A stretch of 53,487 bases of DNA, filler included, from Squatina squatina (GCA_031763465.1; 2 parts of 2 records of this genome joined end to end with filler, not necessarily neighbours in it), one strand, 5' to 3'. Counted from the whole stretch's first letter, positions 10,262-22,070 are shown. The notes: a model not told the origin generated them from the sequence alone. Numbers and translations are program-made.

Positions 10262-11145
10262 AATAGTGAAGTGATGAATTTGAGAAAGAAGAATGAGGAG
10301 AGGCAATATAAACTATATGGTACAATTTTAACAGGGGGTGCAAGAATTATAGAGTCCTGGGAATTCCTGGGACAAGTAGGACAAGTAGATAAGGCAGTTA
10401 AAAGAGCATATGGGATCCTTGGCTTTATAAATAGAAAGCGAGAGTACAAACACAAGAAGTTATGGTAAACCTTTATAAATCACTGGATAGGTCTCAGCTA
10501 GAGTATTGTGTCAAATGCTGGGCAGCAGTGTTCCCTATAAGGGGCGCGGTCGCCCAGCTGTTTGCCAGTCCTGTGCGGCCCGGGACCGGCTCTTTCAATG
10601 TTAATGCGTGAAACTGTGAATGGGCCGTGCAGTTCCTTAAAGGGGCTGCGCACCCAAAAACAATTAGGGGGGCACCACACTTTAGGAAGTATGTCAATGC
10701 CTTAGAGAGGGTATAGAAGAGATTTACCAGAAATGGTACCAGTGCTGTGGAGAGACTAGAGAAGCTGGGATTCTTCACATTAGCGCAGAGAAGGAGAAGG
10801 GGAGATTTAACAGAGCTGTTGAAAATTCTGAGGGGTTTGGATGGAGTGGATAGGGAGAAACGGTTTCCACTGGCAGGAGGGTCAGTAACCAGAGGACACA
10901 GATTTAGGGTAAGTGGCAAAAGAACCAGAGGGGAAATGAGAATTCTTTTGCACGGTGAGTTTTTGTGATCTGCCTGAAAGGGTGGTGGAAGCAAATTCGA
11001 TAGTAACTTTTGAAAGGGATTGGATATATACTTGGAGAGGAAATGACAGGCATATGGGGAAAGTACAGGGGCGTGGGAGTAAATGGATTGCTATTTCAAA
11101 GAGCTGGTACAGACACGATGGGCTGAATGATCTCTCTCTGTAGTG
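10262..11145 (+). mobile_element. CR1 3' region interrupted by a MITE
   Basis: AVKRAYGILGFINR..; ERLEKLGFFTLAQRRRRGDL..TRGHRFRV; CR1 3' UTR. Confidence 0.9.
10526..10670. mobile_element. hAT-like MITE inserted in CR1, right end truncated
   Basis: Begins CAGTGTTCCCTATAAG (hAT-type terminus) and splits the CR1 motif ctggg|caccacactttagg. Confidence 0.5.
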
Positions 11146-12385
11146 CACATTNNNNNNNNNNNNNNNNNNNNNNNNNNNNNNNNNNNNNNNNNNNNNNNNN
11201 NNNNNNNNNNNNNNNNNNNNNNNNNNNNNNNNNNNNNNNNNNNNNNNNNNNAAAAGACAGGTGATTGTGGCAGGTAAGACTGATATTTACTGTGATTTGG
11301 GAAATACACAGCCCAAAATGCTCTTGGTGGCTATAAATTGAGCAACGTTGGTGTTAGGAATCAAATCGAGTACTAGAACCTGGATTTTGTGGACAATGGG
11401 GGTAAATTTTCTTGAGGTTTCTCCTGCTCCCTGGGGTTCCTACTGAAGTTGCAGCAGCGAACAGTAGACCCAAGGAATTCATTCTCTCTCCCCACTTTTG
11501 CTGCATGCCCAGAATATTCCTAAACATCATTTTTCTATTTTGCTAATCACCAGCCAGAGTTTTCAAGCCGTTCAGTATTGCGCTGTCTTGTGTTTATTGA
11601 CAACTTCTAAAGAAGATTTAGTATGGGAGCAGAAAATTGAATAATTAGTTGTAGCAGGGCATGGGGGAGATTTTCCATTTCCTGGCAACTGTGGAATACT
11701 CAGTCCACAAGTGCAATGAAGAGAAAGAAGGGCCGGAGACTTGTTACATCAGGTCACCGTCCCCAATGCGCTATGGCAAGATTTTGCACCGTCGTTTGAT
11801 GTGCTGTGATAGGTAGGCCTAGTATAACCATTCAAACAAAGTGGGAGCGACATTCCCAGCTTCCCATCTCCGTTACCTGTTTGTCCAACTCTTGGGTGTC
11901 CAAGGAAAGAAGGTGTTGGGACTCGCACCAAGACCCCCCATAGACTGGAAGGACTGCAGTGGCAGCGTGGGCAGCCCAAAGACTTTACAGATAAATCCAT
12001 TTGTTCTTTTTAAACTCCTGCCATCCAGACGATCTTCGGACACAATCCCAGCAGCCACGAGTACAGCTGCAGACCTTTCAGCTGCTCAAATATTCCTCAA
12101 AAAGTGAGGAATTTTAGCCTCCTATTTGGCCACTTACCTTTTCAGTGGCTGCATTCCTTTAAATTTCAACTAGTATGATATTGTGGTACCCTATTAGGCT
12201 AGCTCCTTGCACAAGGTCAAAGCTGCACAAGCAGCAATGAATAATTATACAAATAGACTGACACTACAGTGTTGGCTAACTTTGCACTAGCCATGTTACC
12301 TTGGGCCACAAAACTGGCCCTTATAATACTTGGCAGTGAGACACTTATGTCCAATGGTCTCATATTTGTTTTTCTTTTATAACAG

Positions 12386-12682
12386 TACCAGTATCCAATC
12401 CAACTCTAAAGTCAACACCCACTGATGATAATGTGGTGAAAGATGGTGTTTTATCTCTTTCGTGTGCTGTGTTGAAAGGATCTTGTCCAATAACTTACAA
12501 GTTTTACAAAGAAGCATCAGGAACACCTTTACATCAAATGATGTTAAATGCTACTGAAGCCGTCCATCGCATTAACTCAGTTAACAACGAACACAGTGGA
12601 AAGTATTTCTGTGAGGCATCAAATACTGCAAATCAAAAAACTCGAACAAAAAAGAGTCAGTCTGTGACTATAACTGTAAAAG
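12386..12682 (+). CDS. PECAM1: Ig C2-type domain exon resembling PECAM1 domain 6
   Basis: LSCAVLKGSCPITYKFYKE..QMMLNATEA..GKYFCEASNTAN resembles human LQCAVNEGSGPITYKFYRE..QMTSNATQA..YYCTAFNRAN; phase 1-1 with canonical splice sites; POLG2 synteny. Confidence 0.7.
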
Positions 12683-13249
12683 GTAAGGTCAATGTATCTG
12701 TTTTCTTCCAGTGGATTCTTCTGAATGAAACTATATCCGGAATCCTTTTGCAGTAACTGTTACCGATTTAATTTTTAAAAACTAAATCTTGTCCAATTGC
12801 TGTATACAGATATTATTGGTGAGCTGATAGTGGAAAAGCAGTGTTACTGTTGACAGTAACTGGTGATTACTCATGGGCAATAGAGAGTAATACCAATACC
12901 CACATCATTTTCTTCCTGTTCCCAAGTACTTTGGGGAAGGAGGAAAACCTCAACACAGTGCAGTAAGGGAGCAACTTTTACCACAATACAGGTTTACTTT
13001 TTCTGTGCCAGATGCTACTGGCATCTCCAACAAAGTTAAAAGATGCTGGAGTACCCTGTCCTCTCTAAATACAGTATGTTTTGGCCTAGAGTCTTGCTTT
13101 CAGTGGGACGACTAGAGCTACATGGTGTAATGTTTGAAAAAAAGACTCCCATGCACTCCCTTCAAATGCAATTTTATTATAAAAGAGGGAATTGGCTAGT
13201 CAGTGCAAAGCAGTGACAGGTGAGAAATGTCTACTTGGTAAATATTTAT

Positions 13250-13460
13250 GGACTGGAATTTCCTGGATTGCACTTACACAGAAATTATGCTGGTTTCTAT
13301 GGAATTATTTAATTGAACATCAGAGAGTTTCGGCAGACATATCTGCAGGAATGACGATGTTTCAGCGTAAAACCGACGTAAGTCAGTTGCACGTGAATTT
13401 TCTAAGAAAAACACTGTTGTGCCATAGTAATGCCAAAACTTTCTAGGAAATTCTGGGCCT
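13250..13460. mobile_element. MITE-like element with imperfect terminal inverted repeats
   Basis: ggactggaatttcctgga ... tctaggaaattctgggcc. Confidence 0.45.
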
Positions 13461-14576
13461 ATGTATTTACATTTAGGCATCCCCATAGCTAGGGCAAAAT
13501 ATTAATTAAGTAATAACCCTAATTCTGATAGATATTATCAGCAGTGATGGAGAAAATCAAAACTGTGTGAATTCACAATGAAGTAACAGTAACTGTTGGG
13601 ACATTTACTGCATGGATTGTGCAATTTTTTACAATCTGATGTTGGAATATCCATTTTGGTTTTCAATGATAATTCAATATTCAAAGGAATTCACATTTGC
13701 AGAGGGTTTTGAATTCTGTTGATTTATGCATGAATACTGTGTGTATGTACATAAGTTACTAATATTCAGTTTAAAAACTCTGAACTGCACAGTTTCCAAA
13801 CTCTTGTAATTCTAACGCCACACATTGTGTTTGTTCATTAATTCTCTAACCTATATAAGTATTAATAGAAATCTCATCAATATTCAAAAGAGTACCTCTC
13901 ATCATTCTGTTGATATTTTGAATGGTATTGGACATCCCACTACCTTTAGCTCCCTTCCCCACAATATCTTCAAANNNNNNNNNNCCTGACTTCCTATCGT
14001 GTTCCTGATAGAACAATGAGCGATGCACTGCCAGATAAGGGTGAACTGTGTAAGAATAATTTTCCTTTAAATTAATTTGTATTCATCAAATGAGTTATAG
14101 CATTCCCAGAGAAGGTAATTACTTGTCACCTTTGCTTCCACATGCATCAGATGTAGCGCAGGTCAATTGCACGATAAAACTTCCTCTTCCCTGTCTCAAC
14201 TTTTTAATCCAGAGTTCTGAACAGCAGTTTGACTGCAATAGTGTGGCATATCATTTTCTAAAGAATCCATCCTGCCAAACCAGAGCCAATTGGTGTCAAT
14301 CTATATGCAAGGGTTTGCTGTGGACTCAGGCTTACTGAAAATTAGACTGAGCCAGCTCAAAGTCACTTCATTTGGAAGGGTAGGTTTTTGTCTTTACGCA
14401 AGGTTGGATCAGAGAGCCTTTGCAGAACCCTTTGAAATTAATGGAAGAAAAATGTAACCAGTTCTGTTACTGGCGTNNNNNNNNNNNNNNNNNNNNNNNN
14501 NNNNNNNNNNNNNNNNNNNNNNNNNNNNNNNNNNNNNNNNNNNNNNNNNNNNNNNNNNNNNNNNNNNNNNNNNNNN

Positions 14577-15940
14577 GTAGTAATTCAGAGGGGAGTGCAA
14601 TGAGTGAGAAATGGAGCACAAGAGAACAGAAGCAGCTGACAGTAGGAGAGCAGCAGGAATGTACTTCCCAGCAGAACCAACTCATGGCACAACTTAGTTG
14701 ATGAACCTGGAGATCAGGCTTCACAGGCCCAGCTTTCAAAAACAAAGATGCATTCTGGGCATAATGTCTTGGTGCAAGCACTGAAGATCTAACAAGCAGT
14801 ATGCTGCAGATGGTAGTTGGCATGAAGAGGTCCATTAAGCATGTGTGCAATCTTAGTTGTTTAGCAACACTCCACTCAGGAGCATATAGCAACTCCAAGC
14901 ATTTCTGCAGCACAGCTCCCCGTGCTAGACCCACAATCCCAGTTGATGATTCTTTCGGTGCACAGATTACCTTCAATGAAACCTGAGGATTCAGGTTGAA
15001 CAGACTATCTCATCCAGCTTAATGATCTAGATAGAACTATGAAGCATGTATTCACTCATTTTACTGGTGTCACAAGTTCCACTCTCAATGTTCAGTGGAA
15101 ATAGTAAGGAGATCTGAATAGTAGAGACATGGTTGGAATGGGAGTAAATGATGGCGCTATCTCTCACAATAGCAATGCCAGCACCTCCCCCACTCGGCCC
15201 CTCCAGTGGCTCCATAAGTTTAAGAAAGCACAAGGTGCCATGCAACCTACATAATGTCAAAGATGCCATAGCTTGCATCTAGTCCATCTCAGGGCTCCGC
15301 ACCCAGGAGGCAAGGGATAACCCAAATCGCAAGAGGCTGTTATGGATACATGTCAGCCAGCTGCTTCAAGTAATTCTGCCTCTCAGACAGCACCTAGTCG
15401 AAGCATCAGGATAGGTTTAAGAAGTTATACACCACACATGTTACCAAAGGAAAGCACCACAGAAGCAAATACAAGACACTAACGCATGGTACTGGCATGC
15501 ATTACAGATTAAGGAATGGTTTCTGCTCATGTTATGTGTACAGAAATTGTTCTTCCAAAGGTTTATGACCATATTTCATAAAATGGATGAAATACGAGAC
15601 ATCTGATTTGCCTGGAAGATTTAATGTTCAGTTGATGAAGACATATTTATGGAGGCAACGGTAAGAGGTATACACAGTTGTTAATGCAGTGGACACACTG
15701 CAAAGCTAAGAGAAGCTCTCCTGTATGACAGATTGCTGAATTGCTCTTGCAGCCAGAATATGGTTCTGTTCCACAGTATCTTCAAGCTCTTCATACTTCT
15801 TTTGGTTGTCCTCATGCTGTGCCTGGGCACTTCCTTCTCCAGAGGCTCCATGATGATGACTCTTTGCAGGGTGAAGTTGTGTTGCATGGAATACACTACC
15901 AGGATTCCTGTAGCCTTAAAGGGACACACACCTACATCTT
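14577..15940. mobile_element. Highly degenerate Harbinger-like transposon remnant
   Basis: Minus-strand ILVVYSMQHNFTLQR (about 15865-15915) resembles the Harbinger transposase C-terminal motif IVVVCCMLHN..LQR; extent approximate. Confidence 0.35.
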
Positions 15941-16278
15941 AGAAGAATAAGTATAAATGTCATGATTTTCCTGTCCTTATAAAACTGTGATCCACTGACT
16001 TACTGTGAGCAGTGCCATAAGAGAGAAGTAAGTTTTTAAAACTTTTTCCCTTCAGCAACCTCCCAGGAGATCAACTAATATTGTAAAATGTGATTTCTTA
16101 TATTTTCACCACATTTATTTTAATTGTCTCATGTTTTTATGCCATTGGCAAACAATATTGCACAATTGGTCCCTGCCGAGTTATCCGGTGATTAAGCTAC
16201 ACGTGATGTTTGGATTTACTTTGCTGGTTAACAGAGCCATATCTTCTATATATCATAGCATACTTCTTCTCATTTCAG

Positions 16279-16560
16279 TTCCTGTATCCACACCACTGTT
16301 TTATCCTCTGTTGAACTCTACCGAGGTGAAACTAGGAGAAACTGTGACACTGCACTGCATAACAAGCACAGGAACTCTTCCAATCACTTACACACTGTAT
16401 CGGAATCAATCAAGTCTCCAATCAGCCTCTACAACCCAGGCAGTACCAGCAGTTTTTAACGTAACAGTAGAGACAATGGAGCATTCTGGTGATTACAGAT
16501 GTAAAGCTGAAAATCAAATTTCTGCATCTCGCAGTAACGGAATATCATTTCATATTTTAA
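16279..16560 (+). CDS. Ig domain exon, allergin-1 (MILR1)/PECAM/FcRL-like
   Basis: PVSTP..VTLHC..GTLPITYTLYR..PAVFNVT..SGDYRCKAEN..SFHIL; phase 1-1; convergent with POLG2 as human MILR1 is. Confidence 0.85.
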
Positions 16561-16996
16561 GTACGTATATTCTTAAATGCACACTGCGCCTTCATAGTAC
16601 TATGCATTCTCAGTTACATGTGTAAATGAGTTATCAGGTAACTGTTTCAAATCGCTCCATGTACAATAAATGGCTTAGAAATGCAGTGACTGCTGTTATA
16701 CAGGCATAAAGTAGCAGTCATTTTTCTCATAGCAAGATAGTCAGTTGACATGCTTTTGGTTGAGTCTATCGTTGATGGGTTTTGATGCAGGATGTATAAA
16801 TGGGGTTTTGAACTGAGACCCGTGACCATTGGAGTTCCTTAAAAGGTTGCTTTGGGGGAACATCTATGCGTGGTTGTATTTTATGTATACCCTCAANNNN
16901 NNNNNNNNNNNNNNNNNNNNNNNNNNNNNNNNNNNNNNNNNNNNNNNNNNNNNNNNNNNNNNNNNNNNNNNNNNNNNNNNNNNNNNNNNNNNNNNN

Positions 16997-17170
16997 ACAA
17001 CAAGATTGCTAATCAGTCCTTTCTCATTACACAGAACCCAGTCTAAGATGGCCTGATCTCTAGTTGGTTCCTCGACATATTGGTCCAGAAAACCATCCCG
17101 TATACACTCTAGGAATTCCTCCTCCACAGTATTGTTACTAATTTGATTAGCCCAATCTATATGCAGATTA
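16997..17170 (-). mobile_element. CR1 endonuclease fragment
   Basis: FNLHIDWANQ..EEEFLECIRDGFLDQYVEEPTRDQAILDWVLCNE. Confidence 0.9.
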
Positions 17171-18114
17171 AATTCAAAATTCAATGTTAAACTTCCAAGA
17201 TGGGATATACAGTGAGGCAAAAAAGATGGTCATTATCAACACCCAACACGTCCTAAGGTTCTTTCTAGTTCACAGATGTTTTCAGTTATTTTACTTTTTT
17301 AGGGAAAGTTTTGTTCATTTTGCATAATAAGTAAAACATTTACATTAAAATTAGAGTAGTTGTTATGTACAAGCAGGACTAAATGTGGAATGCCTGGAAC
17401 ATTCTTTGTATCTTCATCAATACACTAGCCTTGGAGCTGTAGTGCTCCAAATATCTGTCAATGCTACTCAACAGCCAGCTGTTATGAGGCGTGCTAGAAC
17501 AGCCCAGGGTGACTTTCCTCAAATTTGCCTTTGCCAAATATTTTGCTCATAATGACATTGCCTCTTTGGTTCAGCAAGGCAAGAATTAGCTGATTACCTG
17601 CTACACAGAAGTTTACAGTGTTATCATTTGTATCAACCTTCCAAATCAGTTGAGCACAGTTTCTCTATTCCTGATATGCCTGAGGTATAGAACAGTATAG
17701 GAGTGGGAGGCTCCATTTTGGGAGAAAAAATAAAATGGTCATATCTAGAATGGTGTGAGCAACAGACTCGCCCAGAGCCTTCTAGCAACATTGCTCCAAA
17801 CCTGCCACACAAAAGAATATGCACAGTGGCTGTATTCTGCATTAACAAAATGCTCCAATCCAGGGAACCTACCTATTGGATATCTCTTGAGTTCAAACAT
17901 CAGTCAAGGATCTAAAATTTCACCTCTGGGGTTACTGGGCTGATATGGTCTGACACAATTATTTCCAGTTTTGGCTCTTGCACAGTCTTGTTGTTAGTCA
18001 GTCACTAAACTAAAAGAAAATTATGATGATCTAGCAAAGTGATTTAACTACTAAATTATCACATTACAAAGCATTCAAAAAACACTCTCTGAACCAGCAT
18101 ATTTCTTGTACCAG

Positions 18115-18192
18115 GTCATATACTTGCAGGAGCCGATTCAGAACAGGATCACGAGGGGGACTACACCAACATCATGGCATCAAATGGAAATG
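18115..18192 (+). CDS. Putative cytoplasmic-tail exon of the Ig receptor (HILAGADSEQDHEGDYTNIMASNGN)
   Basis: GC-richer island in AT-rich DNA; phase 1-1; ccag acceptor (in-frame alternative at 18130), g|gtaata donor; Tyr motif. Confidence 0.45.
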
Positions 18193-18402
18193 GTAATATC
18201 ATACCATTACTGTCAACTGCTTGACTTGATTTTTTAATTTAATTTAATTTATAAACATATTGTAGTGTACTTAGTTTGATATATTCTTGGCATACTTCTT
18301 GGTATACTAAAACTATCTCATCAGAGTTAATCCCAAACCCATCTTCAAACAGTGTTTTACTGTTTTGTGAGAACTTCAGCAATTGTAATACTGTTTCTAT
18401 AG

Positions 18403-18419
18403 ATCACCCAACAACTTGA
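18403..18419 (+). CDS. Putative terminal coding exon (DHPTT-stop)
   Basis: tttctatag acceptor in phase with the previous exon, TGA at 18417-18419. Confidence 0.3.
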
Positions 18420-19900
18420 AAAATTCATATCAATACAATCTAAAGATTAAGTATTTCCAATCAAGAGAGCCTGAGGCGCAGACACGAACCAGGGACAGAG
18501 CAGGTGGAAAGCCAGGGTCAGTGTTCTGTCAACTTCTGTGCACTGCTTACAATGGGGCTAAATTGGAGGCAGAATATGCTTCACTGTTCTGTGCTACAAG
18601 CCTCATAAATGTATGCATTTGGATGTGTTGTCTCTTTGACTCCAAAACTTCCAATACAATACATCATTGCAGTGCACCATATAAAGTTGGAACTTAAAGG
18701 TTTACACCATGACAACTTTTTTTTTCCTCTTGTGATGGTCTGCATAATTAGTCACCTTCCCTTTTATTTTGAGTGGAGNNNNNNNNNNNNNNNNNNNNNN
18801 NNNNNNNNNNNNNNNNNNNNNNNNNNNNNNNNNNNNNNNNNNNNNNNNNNNNNNNNNNNNNNNNNNNNNNNNNNNNNNTTATTTTTACAACTTCACCTGT
18901 GCCAAAATATGAATAGACCAACATGTTCTCTAATCATCCATAAAGCTCATTCCCAAGATTTCTGCAATTTATTTGCAAGATGTTTCTAAAACATCGCAAG
19001 AATGCTGAATTTTATTTATTTGACAGACCCAAGTAAATGTACTTACAGCATTGATGAGCACTGAATCAATCAATTTCAGATCAGGAACTTAAATTCAACA
19101 TTCATCTGTAATATAGTAAATTTGATATGTATGCCACACACTCCTTAATTATGCATCACATTCTGAGACTTAGTCACGCCTGTAGCTATACACTTCTAAG
19201 ACTAGATGCAGGTACAGAATTTGAACACCCCATTCCTGTACCTATACCATCACCAAGAGAAATGGCTTTGCCCTGACTTTCATTGGACAAAGCCAAAGGA
19301 GATCCTTGAGTGTAACAATAATATTGGCAGATCTGATTGAAATTCTAATGTTATAAATTCTAATTCAAGACTCAACTCATTGCAATCATTTTTATCAGGG
19401 CTTGGTCATTGGATTGCTTATCAATACCCTCCAACTTGTTTGGGTTCTTTGAAATTTAGTATGAAAATTTACTGTTAATCTGCTGGTATACTGAATTCAA
19501 GTATCAATGTACTGCACCATGGTGCGCTGAATTCAAGCATCAACATGCTGTAGCATGAAGGAATGAGACATGGGTTTACACGTGGTTCGCACAGGACAGG
19601 TAAAAGAAAACTGGAGTCAATTTACACTATAAAAACTCGCCTCTCAGCAGCCAGCACAGGTTGACTGGCAATGAATCTCAAATATGAGGTTGTAAAAAAA
19701 AAAGCAGCTACTGAAAAGGCTACTTGTATGTGTAAACAAGTATCAGAGTGCAGTTAATGACCAAAAAGGTCATTAATATTCTCACCACTGAAAGCCAGAT
19801 TGCTTCAGTCCAGCTAATCAATGTTATTTTAAGTGTCATTAACTGAGTGCAAATATTTTTACATACATACACACTCCCAGGAAATGCATAACCATTTTTC

Positions 19901-20057
19901 TCAAGATTCCTGTATGAACTTGGTGAGAAAGTCTCTCACTTCTGAGATGTGAGTCATTTCTTTCATAGTTGTATCTCGGTTCCTGAGCTGTACTAAGCCA
20001 TTCTCCAGCGTGGTGTCACTGATAACGACTGTGAAGATCACACCCATCTCATCATAC
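19901..20057 (-). CDS. POLG2: POLG2 last coding exon (YDEMGVIFTVVISDTTLENGLVQLRNRDTTMKEMTHISEVRDFLTKFIQES-stop)
   Basis: YDEM..TTLENGL..LR.RDTTMKEM.HIS matches the POLG2 C-terminus; ggcag acceptor. Confidence 0.95.
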
Positions 20058-20078
20058 CTGCCAAAAGAGAAAATCAAG

Positions 20079-20254
20079 TAGAAATATAGAAAATAGGAGG
20101 AGTCGGCCATTCTGCCCTTCGAGCCTGCTCCGCTATTCAATATGATTGTGACCGATCCTCTATCTCAGCTCCATATCCCTTGATGCCTTCAGTATCTAGA
20201 AATCTATCTATCTCCTTCTTGAATATATTCAATGATTTGGCCTCCACAGCCTTC
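20079..20254 (-). mobile_element. CR1 3' tail in POLG2 intron
   Basis: tagaaatatagaaaataggaggagtcggccattc..ccgctattcaatatgat, same family as 36488-37232. Confidence 0.85.
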
Positions 20255-20682
20255 NNNNNNNNNNNNNNNNNNNNNNNNNNNNNNNNNNNNNNNNNNNNNN
20301 NNNNNNNNNNNNNNNNNNNNNNNNNNNNNNNNNNNNNNNNNNNNNNNNNNNNNNATTACAAAAATACTTAATTGACTGAGCAATTTAAATTCCATTTTAT
20401 ATAAACCATTTTATAGTACATGTGGCCCACAGGCTGTTGACGGACCATTAGAACATTCAGGTTCCAAAAGCACACCTAGCATAAGGTCCTCAAAGATGAA
20501 AGCTTTAGTGTTGAACATGAAACTGTGGGATGGCTTCAAACATAATTATAAAATTCAGATACCCCAACAGATGTTCAGTGCCATGTGACTGATAGCAGCT
20601 TGGTTTGAACAAAACAAAGTAATTCAATTAAAATCAGTGGCATATTTTCATGGTTTTTGGAGTTCTTCACAAAAATACACAC

Positions 20683-20763
20683 CTGACGCAACTCAACTGT
20701 AGGTCCCTTGCCCATGTTCAAACCCACTTTAATCGGAGCTAGAAATGGATGGAGCTTTAGCAC
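20683..20763 (-). CDS. POLG2: POLG2 internal exon ([27 protein letters not shown])
   Basis: Matches human [27 protein letters not shown]; 81 nt with canonical splice sites. Confidence 0.95.
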
Positions 20764-21469
20764 CTAAAAATGCAGCAGACACATCAATGTTAATTTCAGC
20801 TATTTTTGAAGCAAAGGTTAAACAGACTAAAAGATTGCTCAATGGCAGCATTAAATTAGCTTACTAAATAGCACTAGTACAATTAGTGGCAATGGAAAAT
20901 AAACAGCCCAATTTACAAGGGAAACAATTCAAAACTAACTCATACGCACTGCTAAAGAAAACTCTACTGCTGACTTATTTTTGAAAATTGCCTTCAATGC
21001 ACCCCTGTTTTTGTAAGATTCAGTCATACTTTTGCTAAATTTAGCTGCAACAAATGCTTCCGGACTACTGATTCCTGTCATCTAGCAGTTTTGTGGTTGT
21101 ACTATCAAGTCTATAGTATAACTGAAAACGAAGAAAATACACACATAAGCTATGATATATGCTGTATTGTCTAATTGTTATAACTTAACCTTGCAGAGAA
21201 GGTAGCTGATTCAGGGTGAGATAGTTATTCACATTTTTCATTTTTTCCCCCCCAGGGTATGTATACACACATACAGTTGGCAAATACAATATTAAAGCAA
21301 GAATAACATTAAAATCTAGCTTCAGGTCAGAAACATGATGGCTGTGGGGGAGTGGCTACACAGCAGCAACGGTATCAGGTAGCATGACCAGTAAGTGCAG
21401 ACTGAAAACGTGCAGTGGAATGGGGGAATGGAAACTACGCTGGCAGCCCGGAACAACTCCTGTAAGGTC

Positions 21470-21615
21470 AGAATACAAACAAAAATTGCTGGAAAAACTC
21501 AGCAGGTCGATGACCCGAAACTTGACTCAGTTTTTCTCTCCACAGATGCTGCCTGACTTGGAGTTTTTCCAGCAATTTTTGATTGTATTCTAGATTCCAG
21601 CATCCGCAGTATTTC
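21470..21615. mobile_element. Penelope-like terminal fragment with inverted repeat
   Basis: 31-bp arms 21470-21500 and 21561-21591 (1 mismatch); ctccacagatgctgcctgac..ttccagca motif shared with 40899-41367. Confidence 0.75.
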
Positions 21616-21715
21616 NNNNNNNNNNNNNNNNNNNNNNNNNNNNNNNNNNNNNNNNNNNNTTAATTAATTAANNNNNNNNNNNNNNNNNNNNNNNNNNNNN
21701 NNNNNNNNNNNNNNN
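21616..21715. other. Artificial joining linker (N44-TTAATTAATTAA-N44)
   Basis: Six-frame-stop palindrome centred in an exactly 100-nt spacer; synteny switches across it. Confidence 0.9.
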
Positions 21716-22070
21716 CCCGAGCTCCAAATCCCTTGATTCTCCTAGAGACCAAAAATCTTATCTAGCACAGCCTTGTATATACTCAATGATTCAGCATCCA
21801 CAGCCCTTTGGGGTAGAGAATTCCAAAGATTCGCAACCCTCTGAGTGAAGAAGTCCTCCTAAATCAGTTTTAAATGGCTGACCCCTTATCCTGAGATTGT
21901 GCCTTCTAGTTCTGGACTCTCCAGCTAGGGAAAATAACCTCTCTGCATCTATCCTGTCCGTCCCCCTCAGAATCTTGTATGCTTCTCATATCATCTCCTT
22001 CTAAGCTCCAGAGAGTATAGGCTCAATCTCTTCTCGTAGGACAACCCTCTCATCCTAGGGATCAGTCAAT
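21716..22070 (-). mobile_element. CR1 3' fragment
   Basis: tccacagccctttggggtagagaattccaaagattc..ttctggactctccagc.. Confidence 0.85.

Noticed and set aside
17640-17700. Possible extra small exon (EHSFSIPDMPE) of the Ig receptor
   Set aside because: Weak donor and phase incompatible with the following phase-1 exon.
21660-21671. TTAATTAATTAA as a homeodomain site or piggyBac target
   Set aside because: It is centred in a symmetric 100-nt N spacer, so it is a synthetic linker.
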